64,000 bases of DNA from Patescibacteria group bacterium (GCA_041665545.1 JBAYIQ010000001.1:222448-286447), one strand, 5' to 3'; shown: positions 46,615 through 56,986, numbered from the stretch's first letter. Notes: generated by a model not told the origin, from the sequence alone. Program-made: numbers and translations.

Positions 46615-47709
46615 CTATCTATTCCTGATATAGACACTTTGGGCCATACCCAAAGCGATCATCACTGACCACAAGGAACTGCCACCACCAGAAACCAGTG
46701 GCAAGGGAATGCCAGTAACTGGTGAAATGCCCATATTCATACCAATATTAATAAAAGCTTGTACCAAAAGCATGCCCACAATACCTAAGACCAAATAACA
46801 GCCATAGTCATCCTGAGCCAAACGAATAATCACAAATAAACGATAAATGATAAAAGCCAAGAGCCCCAAAGTCAACAAAACTCCTAGGAAACCAAGGTCT
46901 TCGGCAATTACCGCAAAAATAAAATCAGTGCCTGGTTCTGGCAAAAAGCGCAAATTGCTTTGTGAACCCAGGGCCAATCCTCTGCCCCACAACTGACCAG
47001 AACCAACGGCGGTCATTGATTGCAAAACATTGTAACCTCGCCCTTGCGGATCTAAGCCGGGATTCAAAAAAACCATTATTCTAGATTTTTGGTAAGGCGC
47101 CAAAACAAAAAACCAAGCGCAAGTGACTATCACAATACCAACGGCCAGTAACCAAAAAAAATATTTTTTTCTCAAACCCGTAAACAACAGCATGACTAAC
47201 CAAATACCAATAATTACTAGTGATGAACCCAAATCTGGTTGTTGCATTACCAGACCAACATAAAACAAAGTAATCAAGCCGGAGTAGACTATATGCTTAA
47301 ACATATAAAACTCCCTGGCATTATCCGAAAAATATCTGGCCAACAAAACCAAAGAAGCCACTTTGGCAAATTCTACTGGCTGTAGGCTCAAAGGTCCAAT
47401 CACTATCCAACCAGTGGTGCCGTTTATTTCTTTACCCAAAAAAATCACGACTACTAGCACCAAAGCAAACAAAACATAAATCAACTTACTAAAAGTTGAC
47501 CATACTTTGTAATTAATATTGGCCACCAAAAAAAATAAGACCAAGCCCAAAAGTATAAAAATAATCTGCTTTTTGAAAATCAAAAAATCTGAACCCTCGA
47601 TATTAAGATTCAAGCTATACAATATACTGGCGCTCAAAAACAACAAAAAAAGCATAGCAAAAAAAAGCAGCCAGTCTAAGCGGCGCAAAGTAGACAAAAA
47701 ATCCCTCAT
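46615..47709 (-). CDS. SEDS-family peptidoglycan glycosyltransferase (FtsW/RodA)
   Basis: 364 aa polytopic protein with a conserved SEDS C-terminal region (VTGIPLPLVSGGGSS). Confidence 0.8.
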   Translation of the reverse strand: MRDFLSTLRRLDWLLFFAMLFLLFLSASILYSLNLNIEGSDFLIFKKQIIFILLGLVLFFLVANINYKVWSTFSKLIYVLFALVLVVVIFLGKEINGTTGWIVIGPLSLQPVEFAKVASLVLLARYFSDNAREFYMFKHIVYSGLITLFYVGLVMQQPDLGSSLVIIGIWLVMLLFTGLRKKYFFWLLAVGIVIVTCAWFFVLAPYQKSRIMVFLNPGLDPQGRGYNVLQSMTAVGSGQLWGRGLALGSQSNLRFLPEPGTDFIFAVIAEDLGFLGVLLTLGLLAFIIYRLFVIIRLAQDDYGCYLVLGIVGMLLVQAFINIGMNMGISPVTGIPLPLVSGGGSSLWSVMIALGMAQSVYIRNR

Positions 47710-48581
47710 AGTCTTAATCTATTTTGATTGTCGGGAGTCAATTCTGATGACTTATAATTATTTTTATCCAACCAGTTCAACACTGGCCAAACTTCTGCTC
47801 TAGTAGCCCGTGGCAAATTATAAGCCCAAGTAGCTTCAATGGGCCTAGTTTCTAAAGACTCAAAATCACGCTCATTGACTTCAGCCACACCAATGATGTT
47901 GTCATTTTCAAACAAAGCCACTTGCCAACCCACTTCCCAAAAGTTAAACAATGACTTATTTTTGGCTTGCCATGACACCTGCGCTGGCAATTTGACATTC
48001 TGACCATTGACTACCACTGAGCTTTCTCCTTGATATTTCAAATCATTGATCTCCCAAGAAATTTGTGGCGTATCAGTTTGCAGGCGTTGCCAACGAACCT
48101 TGTCAATCTCCACATTGACGCTACCAACAGAAACATCCACCTTATAACCGAGTTGCAAAAGCAGATGCTGATCCGAAGCATTCAAAAAAGAGGTTCTAAA
48201 TGGCAATTCTTGGCCATTGACTATAAAACGATATTCCAAAGAAGACACCAACCAATCTTCATTGGGATTTTTGATGGTGGCCACCAAATTATAAATGCCA
48301 TTACCCAAAGTTAGTGCCTTGGCCTGTCCTAATTCAATGTCTATAGGCGCTTCTTCTTGGTGATAGGCCGACCAAGCGCCATTTTTTTTGACTGTTTCCG
48401 AAATCTCCAGCCAACTAGGGGCTTGGACATAGCGCACCACATTGATTACCAGTATGGCATAGATAATAAAAATTATTAAAAAAGAAAAAATCCAAGCCAA
48501 ACGAATAAACATGGCTTTGTGTTGCAAGACATACATGCCGCGCTTAAGGTCTTTCTCTGATAGCGGTTCAAAATAATCCAT
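47706..48581 (-). CDS. Hypothetical membrane-anchored protein
   Basis: 291 aa with one N-terminal TM. Its stop overlaps the ftsW/rodA start by 4 nt. Confidence 0.45.
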   Translation of the reverse strand: MDYFEPLSEKDLKRGMYVLQHKAMFIRLAWIFSFLIIFIIYAILVINVVRYVQAPSWLEISETVKKNGAWSAYHQEEAPIDIELGQAKALTLGNGIYNLVATIKNPNEDWLVSSLEYRFIVNGQELPFRTSFLNASDQHLLLQLGYKVDVSVGSVNVEIDKVRWQRLQTDTPQISWEINDLKYQGESSVVVNGQNVKLPAQVSWQAKNKSLFNFWEVGWQVALFENDNIIGVAEVNERDFESLETRPIEATWAYNLPRATRAEVWPVLNWLDKNNYKSSELTPDNQNRLRL

Positions 48582-48697
48582 AAATTAGCATCACTAATAT
48601 GGTTATTATACTAAAAAATTGCTTCCAAGACAACTATTTGGCGATAGTGGAAAAATTATGTTATAATGAACTCACTAATTGATTAAATTATACTTTC

Positions 48698-49000
48698 ATG
48701 TTTGACACTTCAAAAGACGTACTAAATTTAGTGCTAAGTATCTCCATTTTTTTGGTGGCGGCTGCTTTGGCTTATCTTTTGTTCCAAATGTCCAAAACAT
48801 TTCGAGCCATGAATCACGTGGTCGAAGGCGTGGAAAAAATTGTCAAAGCCATTGAAGAAAGCATTGAAAGATTCAAAGACAAAACCAGCAATATTGCTAC
48901 TTATCTCACTGTGGTATTAAAGACTGGCCAGCAGATATTGGAAATGGTTCAAAACAAAAGAGCCGCTCGTCGTAGCAAAAAAAGCGCCGGGCCGGAATAA
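48698..49000 (+). CDS. Small membrane-anchored hypothetical protein
   Basis: 100 aa with an N-terminal TM, a coiled-coil-like remainder and a basic C-terminus. Followed by a hairpin cccgataat/attatcggg plus T-run at 49022-49065. Confidence 0.45.
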   Translation: MFDTSKDVLNLVLSISIFLVAAALAYLLFQMSKTFRAMNHVVEGVEKIVKAIEESIERFKDKTSNIATYLTVVLKTGQQILEMVQNKRAARRSKKSAGPE

Positions 49001-49083
49001 AACAAAAACCAAAACAAACACCCCGATAATATTTTGTTGCCTTACAAATTATCGGGTTTTATTGTTCGCGCCAAAAAACAAAA

Positions 49084-52000
49084 ATGTTTATTCACCTACA
49101 TACTCATTCACACTATAGTCTGCTTGACGGCTTGGGCACCATAGATGGATTGATCGCGGAAGCGAAAAACCAAGGTGCTACGGCTTTGGCTTTGACTGAC
49201 CATGGATCCATGTATGGGGTAATTGAGTTTTACCAAAAATGCCGCAAAGCTGGTCTCAAGCCAATAATTGGCGTCGAGTCTTATGTCACTCCCGGCCAAT
49301 TGACTGATCGCAGTTCCAAAGAAAAACCCTACCATCTCATACTCCTAGCCGAAAACAACGAAGGTTATCGCAATTTATTAAAATTAACCAGCATTGCCCA
49401 TTTGGAAGGTTTTTATTATAAACCACGACTGGATTGGGAAACGCTCAAAAAATATTCAGCTGGACTAATTGCTTCTACCGCCTGCCTCAATGGACCGCTA
49501 GCCCGACATATTTTGGCGCGTCAAAATGACACCGCTGAAAAAAATTTAAAAATTTTACTGGATATTTTTGGGCCAGACAGATTATTTATCGAATTGCAAA
49601 GCCGTCGCAATACTGATCAAAATATCGCTAACCAAGGAATGGTGGCCCTAGCCAGAAAATACAATGTACCGCTTATTGCCACCAACGACATCCATTATGT
49701 AAAAAGCACTGATGATCAAGCCCAGGATGTTTTGCTTTGTATTCAAACCAAACAAAAACAATCCGATCAAAACCGCATGTCTTATTTGGGTGAAGACTTT
49801 TCCATGTTTTCTGAAAATATGATGCGGGATTTTTTTATTGACACTCCTGAGGTCATAGACAACTGCCTCAAAATTGCCGAGCGCTGTAATGTAGAAATAG
49901 AATTAGGAAAAATACAATTACCAACCTACGATTTACCGGCTGGGGTGACCCCCGAAAAAGAATTAGAAAACTTATCTCGCTTAGGCGTTGAAAAAAGATT
50001 TGGAAAAAAACTGGAAGAATTGCCAAAAAATATTAGCGAACGACTGCAGTATGAACTATCAGTCATTGAGCGCACTGGCTATGCTGCTTATTTTCTAATT
50101 GTTCAAGATTTTGTCAACTGGGCCAAGAACAACAAAATAATCGTCGGCCCGGGCCGCGGCTCAGCCGCTGGCAGTTTGGTATCGTATCTGATTGGCATCA
50201 CCAACATTGACCCCATCAAATACGACTTGCTTTTTGAAAGATTTTTAAACCCTGAGCGTGTTTCCATGCCTGATATTGATATGGATTTTGCCGACACTGG
50301 ACGCGATGCTGTCATCCAATATGTGGAAAACAAATACGGCAAAGACCATGTGGCCCAAATAATCACTTTTGGTACTATGGCGGCCCGGGCCGCTATCCGT
50401 GATGTCGGCCGAGTTTTGAGCTACAGCTACAGCTATTGCGACCAAGTAGCCAAAATGATCCCCATGTTTATGTCTTTGAAAGAAGCTCTAAACACTGTGG
50501 AAGAAATCAAACGCCTCTACAATGAAGACCCCGAAGCTCAAAGATTGCTGGATATGGCCAAAAAATTGGAAGGCCTAGCTCGTCACACCTCCACTCATGC
50601 TTGCGGTGTCTTGATTACCAAAGAGCCACTAGTCAACCATGTGCCCATCCAATACGCCAGCTCTGATGACAAAACTATTATTTCTCAATATTCTTTGCAC
50701 CCCATTGAGGATCTTGGCTTGTTGAAAATGGACTTTTTGGGCTTAAAAAACTTGACCATCATTGAGCAGGCCATTGATATTATTGAAGCCACTGAAAAAA
50801 TAAAAATAGATTTGGACAACATACCCTTGGATGACAAAAAAAGTTTTGCGCTTTTACAACGCGGGGAAACAACTGGTGTTTTCCAACTAGAATCTGGGGG
50901 CATGAAGCGCTATTTGAAACAACTAGTGCCCACTGAACTAGAAGACATCATTGCCATGGTCTCGCTTTATCGCCCTGGTCCCATGGAATTTATTCCTGAC
51001 TTTATTGAAGGCAAACATGGTCGCAAAAAAATAACCTATTTACATCCTCGCTTGGAACCGATTTTGAAAAATACTTACGGCATTGCTATCTACCAAGAGC
51101 AAATCATGCGCATTGCCAGCGATTTGGCTGGCTTTAGCTATGGTCAAGCCGATGTTTTGCGCAAAGCAGTTGGTAAAAAAATCAAAGAACTTTTAGTGGA
51201 GCAAGAGGTGGCCATGATCGCTGGCATGTCCAAAAACGGCCTTGACAAAAAAACCGCGGAAAAAATCTGGGAATTTATTTTACCTTTTGCTCGCTATGGC
51301 TTCAATCGATCACACGCCGCTTGCTATGCCATGATCGCCTATCAGACCGCCTACCTCAAGGCCAATCACCCTGAGGCTTTTATGGCCGCTCTACTTACTT
51401 CTGACCAAAACAATATTGATCGCATCACCATCGAAATAAATGAGTGCCGTAAAATGGGTATTGAAGTACTGCCACCAGATATCAATGAAAGTTTCAGCGA
51501 CTTTACAGTGGTCATGAGCAAAGACCCGCAAATAAAAAATAAAATGCGCTTTGGCTTGAAAGCCGTAAAAAATGTTGGCAAACATATTGCCAAGGAAATA
51601 ATCCACGAAAGAAAAGAGCGTGGCCCTTACAAATCAGTAGAAGATTTTCTACTGCGCATCAAAGATAAAGATTTAAACAAAAAATCATTGGAAAGTTTGA
51701 TCAAGGCCGGTGCCTTTGATTCCTTTATTACTCGTGGGCAAGCTTTGGGCAACTTGGATAAGCTATTGGAGTTTCACAAAAGAGTGCAAAATGACCACTC
51801 CAGTGGTCAAAACAATCTTTTTGCTGATTTACCACTGGCCGCTCCTATTTTTTCTTTGAAATTAAACCAATTTCCAGACGCTGAAGACAACATCAAACTA
51901 ACTTGGGAAAAAGAACTGCTCGGCCTCTATATCAGCAACCACCCCTTCAAAGAATACTTGGATATTTTACCCCAACATGTTGTCCGACTATCTCAGCTCA

Positions 52001-52521
52001 AAAATCGCGATGGTCAAGAAGTGACTGTGGCTGGCATTGTCACGGCTATACAGAAAAAAATAACCCACAAGGGACAAAATATGCTTTTTGTCAGTTTGGA
52101 AGACTCTTTTGGCTCCTGCGAAGTGTTGATTTTCCCCAAAACTTTGGAAAAAACTTTTGCTTTATGGAAAGACGAGGTCAAAGTCGTAATCCACGGGCGC
52201 GTCACTGAAAAAGATGGCCAGCCCAAAATTTTGGCTGAAAGCGCTGAATTGATCAATGACCAAACTATTAAACAATGGCAATCTGGCAAGCTAATCAACC
52301 ACCGCCTGTGGATAAAATTACCAGCTGAATTCCAAAAAGAGGGCTTAAGTATCATAAAAAAAATATTAGAAACCAAACCCGGCAATACGCCAGTCTACTT
52401 GGAAATAAATAATGGCAAATCACGAAAATTAAAAACCAACCTAAAAGTTTCACCAGATGAAAAGCTAAAAAAAGAAATCTGCGATCTACTAGGACCAAAT
52501 GGTTGGGAATTAAGTAGCTAA
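49084..52521 (+). CDS. dnaE: DNA polymerase III alpha subunit
   Basis: 1145 aa. PHP domain MFIHLHTHSHYSLLDG, polymerase core (FLGLKNLT), C-terminal OB fold. Confidence 0.95.
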   Translation: MFIHLHTHSHYSLLDGLGTIDGLIAEAKNQGATALALTDHGSMYGVIEFYQKCRKAGLKPIIGVESYVTPGQLTDRSSKEKPYHLILLAENNEGYRNLLKLTSIAHLEGFYYKPRLDWETLKKYSAGLIASTACLNGPLARHILARQNDTAEKNLKILLDIFGPDRLFIELQSRRNTDQNIANQGMVALARKYNVPLIATNDIHYVKSTDDQAQDVLLCIQTKQKQSDQNRMSYLGEDFSMFSENMMRDFFIDTPEVIDNCLKIAERCNVEIELGKIQLPTYDLPAGVTPEKELENLSRLGVEKRFGKKLEELPKNISERLQYELSVIERTGYAAYFLIVQDFVNWAKNNKIIVGPGRGSAAGSLVSYLIGITNIDPIKYDLLFERFLNPERVSMPDIDMDFADTGRDAVIQYVENKYGKDHVAQIITFGTMAARAAIRDVGRVLSYSYSYCDQVAKMIPMFMSLKEALNTVEEIKRLYNEDPEAQRLLDMAKKLEGLARHTSTHACGVLITKEPLVNHVPIQYASSDDKTIISQYSLHPIEDLGLLKMDFLGLKNLTIIEQAIDIIEATEKIKIDLDNIPLDDKKSFALLQRGETTGVFQLESGGMKRYLKQLVPTELEDIIAMVSLYRPGPMEFIPDFIEGKHGRKKITYLHPRLEPILKNTYGIAIYQEQIMRIASDLAGFSYGQADVLRKAVGKKIKELLVEQEVAMIAGMSKNGLDKKTAEKIWEFILPFARYGFNRSHAACYAMIAYQTAYLKANHPEAFMAALLTSDQNNIDRITIEINECRKMGIEVLPPDINESFSDFTVVMSKDPQIKNKMRFGLKAVKNVGKHIAKEIIHERKERGPYKSVEDFLLRIKDKDLNKKSLESLIKAGAFDSFITRGQALGNLDKLLEFHKRVQNDHSSGQNNLFADLPLAAPIFSLKLNQFPDAEDNIKLTWEKELLGLYISNHPFKEYLDILPQHVVRLSQLKNRDGQEVTVAGIVTAIQKKITHKGQNMLFVSLEDSFGSCEVLIFPKTLEKTFALWKDEVKVVIHGRVTEKDGQPKILAESAELINDQTIKQWQSGKLINHRLWIKLPAEFQKEGLSIIKKILETKPGNTPVYLEINNGKSRKLKTNLKVSPDEKLKKEICDLLGPNGWELSS

Positions 52522-52549
52522 AAATAGCCGAAAACTATTTTTTTATTAC

Positions 52550-52622
52550 GTCATTCCTGCGCAGGCAGGAATCTAATTTTTTGTACATGTTAGCTAGATC
52601 TCGCAATAAATGCGGGATGACG
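52550..52622 (+). repeat. MITE-like inverted-repeat element, copy 2
   Basis: gtcattcctgcgcaggcaggaatcta...agatctcgcaataaatgcgggatgacg, with terminal inverted repeats GTCATTCC/GGGATGAC and two internal hairpins. Confidence 0.7.
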
Positions 52623-52679
52623 ATAAAAGAATAATTTGGTATAATATAAGCAGCTTAAATCTTATTTAACAGGGTAATT

Positions 52680-53810
52680 ATGACCAGCAAAATAAAAACA
52701 AAAAATAGTATTTACGTAAAAATAATTAGCTTCTTTTTGGTGTTGACCATTGGAGCTATTTTTTTAATCCTGCACTTTGCTCTGTCCAAAGCCACTATCA
52801 AAATTTTTAGCCGAGCCGAAGACCAAAATAAACAAATCGTTATTACCTTACAAGCCGAAAATGCTGAAGGCGTTTCTAATGAATCTTTGATTGGAAAAAT
52901 AATGAGCGTTGATTTGGAGCTGGAAGCCAGCGCTCCCAGTACCAGCGAAAATATCCCCTCTGAAAAAGCCGGCGGTCAAGTGATTATTTACAATAAATAC
53001 AGCAAAGACCAAACATTAGTAAAAACTACGCGCCTACTGACTTTGCTTGGCAAAATTTACCGCATTTCTGAAAATGTAAATGTGCCAAAAGGCGGTCAAG
53101 TCAAGGTTTGGGCTGAAGCTGATCAAATTGGCGCTGATTATGTCAGTGACGCTATTGAAAAGATGACTATCCCCGGCCTCTGGCCTCAGCTTCAGGATGT
53201 GATATACGCCTCGGCTCCCAATGGCTTCAAACAAGAAAGCCGACCCGGCTACAAAGTAACTAAGGAAAATATCGATACTGCCCAAAATAATTTGCTGGCT
53301 GAGGCCAAAAAACAAGGCGTAGAAAAAATAAACAGTTTATTGACTGACGATTTAAAGATTGATGCCGATCGCCTATTTATCAAACAAGAAATTATCAGCT
53401 CAAATGCTGTCAATGACAATAGCCCTGAAGCAACTATCCAAGAAAAATTAACCATATACGGATTGGTTTTTTCGGTGGCTGATTTGTACAAATTAGCTGA
53501 AAAAAAATTCAGTTCTCAGCTGGCTAGTGACCAAAGTGTCATGGAATTTTTGCCTGATCAATACACTTACAAAATATCAGAAATTGATGTGGCCAAAAAT
53601 CAAGCCATAATAGAAGTAAGTTTAGATGCTAAAATAAAATCCAGCAGTCACCCTTGGCTGATTGATAAATCAAGATTAGTGGGCTTAAACGCTGAGCAAA
53701 TCAAGGAATATTTGAAGGGTGAGTTCAATATTGAAGAGGCCGAAGTAAAATTTTATCCTTTTTGGGTAAAAACCGCGCCCAAGCTTAAGGATCATATTAT
53801 TATTGAATAG
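52680..53810 (+). CDS. Hypothetical membrane-anchored protein
   Basis: 376 aa with N-terminal TM IISFFLVLTIGAIFLILHFAL. No motif recognised. Confidence 0.5.
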   Translation: MTSKIKTKNSIYVKIISFFLVLTIGAIFLILHFALSKATIKIFSRAEDQNKQIVITLQAENAEGVSNESLIGKIMSVDLELEASAPSTSENIPSEKAGGQVIIYNKYSKDQTLVKTTRLLTLLGKIYRISENVNVPKGGQVKVWAEADQIGADYVSDAIEKMTIPGLWPQLQDVIYASAPNGFKQESRPGYKVTKENIDTAQNNLLAEAKKQGVEKINSLLTDDLKIDADRLFIKQEIISSNAVNDNSPEATIQEKLTIYGLVFSVADLYKLAEKKFSSQLASDQSVMEFLPDQYTYKISEIDVAKNQAIIEVSLDAKIKSSSHPWLIDKSRLVGLNAEQIKEYLKGEFNIEEAEVKFYPFWVKTAPKLKDHIIIE

Positions 53811-54021
53811 ATTATTTAAAAATCGCTGACCGTAGCATCATCCTGAACTTGGTTCAGGATCTCCTAATAACTAAAGTAAATTGGAGATGCCGAAATAAAT
53901 TCGGCATGACGGATAAGATCAGTGATTTTTTATTTTTCCCAAAAAGAAAAGGGCTCGGAACTCTCACCGCGGATGGTGAAAAAATTCCGAGCCCCAAGAG
54001 CCCTAGGCCCGAAGGCCCAGC

Positions 54022-54783
54022 TTACTCCCGAAAGGCCGGCACCGCCCACTCGTCGCACTGACTGCCAAGGTGAAAGGTGCGCAGCCAGAACTGACGCATA
54101 TCAGCATCCCAGCCGAAACACGGCACGAACTGCCAGTCTAGAAAGATGGGGGCGCAGGCCTCGTAACCAGGCAAGAAGACATAGGGAATATCCTTGCCGT
54201 TCATGGCCGACACCCACTTCGGACTGTAGTAAGCCATCCAGAGAATGGCCGCGGCCGGAGACTGGACAGAGTCGCGCACGTCCACGGACTTGCGGTTCTG
54301 GTTGGCACCCAGATCCACGATGCGCCACTTGAGACCTCGGCTGTGCTGACCCGAAAGCAGACGCAAGTGCTCGGAATCGGACAGAAGCCCACCCAAGCGA
54401 CTACTATTCGGCTGCTTGCTGGCGGCCAGCTGCCAGGCCGTATCGAAAGTCCGTTGAACGGTGTCCAAACAGACCTCCAGTATGACGACCGTCAGACGCG
54501 TGGTGTTGGCAGGCACAGGAGCCTGACCGAGCTTGATGAAATCCTCGTCGGTGAAGCCCCAGCAGTGCTGGACGTTAAGCACCTTGACCATGGAAAGCTG
54601 CTGAGCCGGGGTGGCGAACATGCCGTGGATGAGGTCGCACTCGAAGCCGCGACCCTCGACGATGCACTGCAGTTGATCGATGGTTGTGTTGAAGAGAATC
54701 GTGCCCTGATTGGCACGCCGCTTCACCTCGTCCAGTCTCCTGTCTAGTACTCTGTACTGCTCGTCGGACAATACGCTCGTCAT
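54022..54783 (-). CDS. Hypothetical protein in a GC-rich islet
   Basis: 253 aa from ATG 54783 (MTSVLSDEQYRVLDRRLDEVKRR...) with AAGGAGGG 6 nt upstream. Local GC is far above background. Terminator hairpin ggctcggaa/ttccgagcc at 53953-53994. Confidence 0.5.
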   Translation of the reverse strand: MTSVLSDEQYRVLDRRLDEVKRRANQGTILFNTTIDQLQCIVEGRGFECDLIHGMFATPAQQLSMVKVLNVQHCWGFTDEDFIKLGQAPVPANTTRLTVVILEVCLDTVQRTFDTAWQLAASKQPNSSRLGGLLSDSEHLRLLSGQHSRGLKWRIVDLGANQNRKSVDVRDSVQSPAAAILWMAYYSPKWVSAMNGKDIPYVFLPGYEACAPIFLDWQFVPCFGWDADMRQFWLRTFHLGSQCDEWAVPAFRE

Positions 54784-54903
54784 GACAAGCCCTCCTTTTG
54801 ATATTTTGCTGTTTTTTAGTATTTGGCTTATCCAAAACACCAAAAAACAACGGTTGTGAAAGAACAATATAATATATAACTTTTTAATAATTTTGTCAAT
54901 ATC

Positions 54904-54932
54904 TTACAAAATAAAATAATATGCTGTATAAT
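54904..54932 (+). promoter_or_regulatory. Sigma70-type promoter for the thrS leader
   Basis: TTACAA, 17-nt spacer, TATAAT. Confidence 0.5.
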
Positions 54933-54938
54933 TATTTT

Positions 54939-55108
54939 TGCTTTAGACGATTGGAATAGCTACCAACTATCCCCCCTACTAGGGTGCCTGCAAGGCCTAA
55001 GTCTAAACCTAATTGAGTGTCCTCTTTTTTGGGGAAACTTGGGTGGAACCACCCCTCGACTCGCTACGCTCGCTCGGGGTCCCAAGACAATCTGTCTTGG
55101 GTTATTTT
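54939..55108 (+). promoter_or_regulatory. T-box riboswitch-like leader with Thr (ACC) specifier upstream of thrS
   Basis: T-box-like sequence AACUUGGGUGGAACCACCCC at 55036-55055 (compare consensus AAUUAGGGUGGNACCGCG). A 7-nt UGGAACC bulge is flanked by helices CUUGGG/CCCAAG and ACCCC/GGGGU, matching antiterminator architecture. The competing terminator cccaagaca-atc-tgtcttggg plus ttatttt lies at 55081-55108. A candidate specifier gcuACCaac is at 54959-54967. Confidence 0.5.
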
Positions 55109-55119
55109 AATTCTTTAAT

Positions 55120-55191
55120 GTCATTCCTGCGAAGGCAGGAATCTAGAATATAAAATTATAAACTAGATCCCGCAACAAGTGCGGGATGACG
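55120..55191 (+). repeat. MITE-like inverted-repeat element, copy 3
   Basis: gtcattcctgcgaaggcaggaatcta...agatcccgcaacaagtgcgggatgacg. Inserted between the T-box terminator and the thrS start. Confidence 0.7.
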
Positions 55192-55228
55192 GCAAATAAA
55201 AAACTTAAATAAATTATAGCAAAAAAAT

Positions 55229-56977
55229 ATGAAAAACTTAGAAGAAATTCGACACTCGCTGTCGCACATCATGGCTATGGCTGTTCTCAAAAAGTTTCCT
55301 GATGCCAAGCTTGGTATTGGACCAACCATTGACAATGGCTTTTATTATGATTTTTTGCTGAGCGAAAAATTATCTGACACTGATTTACCAGAAATAGAAA
55401 AAACCATGCAAGAGCTGATCAAGCAAAACATTGAATTCAAAAAAACTATTGTTACTCGCGAAGAAGCTTTACAGAAAGTAAAAACTCTAAAACAAAATTT
55501 CAAAGAAGAGTTGATAAATGATTTACCAAAAGAAGAAGACATTATTTTTTATCAATCCGGTAATTTTGAAGATCTGTGCGCTGGACCACATATCAAAAAT
55601 TCCAAAGAAATTCCCCTTGATGGCTTCAAGCTCACACACTTGGCTGGCGCTTATTGGCGCGGTGATGAAAAAAATCCCATGATGACCAGAATTTATGGTT
55701 TGGCTTTTACTAATAGAAAAGATCTGGCCGTGCATTTAAATATGCTGGAACAAGCCAAGCTTCGCGATCACAGGAAACTAGGAAAAGAACTTGACTTATT
55801 TGTCTTTTCTGAAATTGTTGGACGTGGCTTACCCCTATTCACTCCCAAGGGCACTGCCATCTGGCAAGAAATGGAAAGATTGGTAATTGAAGAAGAAAAT
55901 AAACGTGGATACTCACGCACCCACACTCCGGATTTGGCTAAAGTTGATCTCTATAAATTATCCGGTCATTGGGATCACTATCAAGACTCTATGTATCCGG
56001 CAATTGATGTTGATGGTGAAGAATATGTTTTGCGACCCATGACTTGCCCGCATCAATTCATGATCTACAAAGCCAAGCCGCGCAGTTACCGTGAATTGCC
56101 CTTGCGATACGCGGAAATTGCCAAACTTTATCGCAAAGAACAATCTGGCGAACTGGCCGGCTTAATGCGCGTCATGTCTTTTTCCTTGGCTGACGCACAT
56201 ATCATCTGTCGACCAGACCAACTAGAGATAGAATTTGAAGCAGTAGTTGAGCTTGTTCAGAGTATTATGAAAACTCTGGGTATTAACAATTATTCTTATC
56301 GTTTTTCTAAATGGGATCCGCAAAATAAAGAAAAATATATTGATAATCCAACGGCTTGGCACGATTCACAAAGCTCCATGAAAAAAATATTGGATAAAAT
56401 GAAGCTTAAATATACAGAAGGTGATGGCGAAGCAGCTTTTTATGGCCCAAAGCTTGATGTTCAAATGCGTAATGTCAACGGCAAAGAAGACACCGCCTTT
56501 ACTGTACAAATTGACTTTGCTTTGCCGGAAAAATTTGACATGACTTATATTGATGTAGACGGCCAAGAGAAAAGACCAATGGTAATTCATCGCTCCTCTA
56601 TCGGCTGTATGGAACGCACCATGGCCTTCTTGATAGAACAATATGCTGGCAATTTCCCGGTCTGGCTATCACCAGTACAAATAAAAATACTAACCGTCGC
56701 CTCTACCCATACTGACTTTGCCAAAAAACTGCAAACCGAATTTTTAGCCGAAGGCATCCGTGTCGAGCTTGACGACTTGGACGAAACAGTCGGCAACAAA
56801 ATCCGCAAAGCGTCTCATGAAAAAGTCCCTTACACATTGGTGATTGGTGACAAAGAAATGGGATCAGACAATTTAGCGGTCCGTGTGCGCGGACAAAAAG
56901 ATTTGCTCAACATCGACAAACAAAAATTCATCGACAAAATAAAAACCCAAATTAAGAATCGTGACCTAAGCTTATAA
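55229..56977 (+). CDS. thrS: Threonyl-tRNA synthetase
   Basis: 582 aa class II aaRS with Zn-binding catalytic core (CRPM...HQFMIYKAK) and C-terminal anticodon-binding domain. Confidence 0.9.
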   Translation: MKNLEEIRHSLSHIMAMAVLKKFPDAKLGIGPTIDNGFYYDFLLSEKLSDTDLPEIEKTMQELIKQNIEFKKTIVTREEALQKVKTLKQNFKEELINDLPKEEDIIFYQSGNFEDLCAGPHIKNSKEIPLDGFKLTHLAGAYWRGDEKNPMMTRIYGLAFTNRKDLAVHLNMLEQAKLRDHRKLGKELDLFVFSEIVGRGLPLFTPKGTAIWQEMERLVIEEENKRGYSRTHTPDLAKVDLYKLSGHWDHYQDSMYPAIDVDGEEYVLRPMTCPHQFMIYKAKPRSYRELPLRYAEIAKLYRKEQSGELAGLMRVMSFSLADAHIICRPDQLEIEFEAVVELVQSIMKTLGINNYSYRFSKWDPQNKEKYIDNPTAWHDSQSSMKKILDKMKLKYTEGDGEAAFYGPKLDVQMRNVNGKEDTAFTVQIDFALPEKFDMTYIDVDGQEKRPMVIHRSSIGCMERTMAFLIEQYAGNFPVWLSPVQIKILTVASTHTDFAKKLQTEFLAEGIRVELDDLDETVGNKIRKASHEKVPYTLVIGDKEMGSDNLAVRVRGQKDLLNIDKQKFIDKIKTQIKNRDLSL

Positions 56978-56986
56978 AGAAAAAAT

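Noticed and set aside
54101-54850. Several 60-134 aa ORFs on both strands inside GC-rich islet C (54101-54328, 54201-54392, 54343-54747, 54492-54716, 54575-54850)
   Set aside because: High GC suppresses stop codons in all frames. The 253 aa minus-strand ORF has a strong RBS and a terminator, and the others are nested within it.
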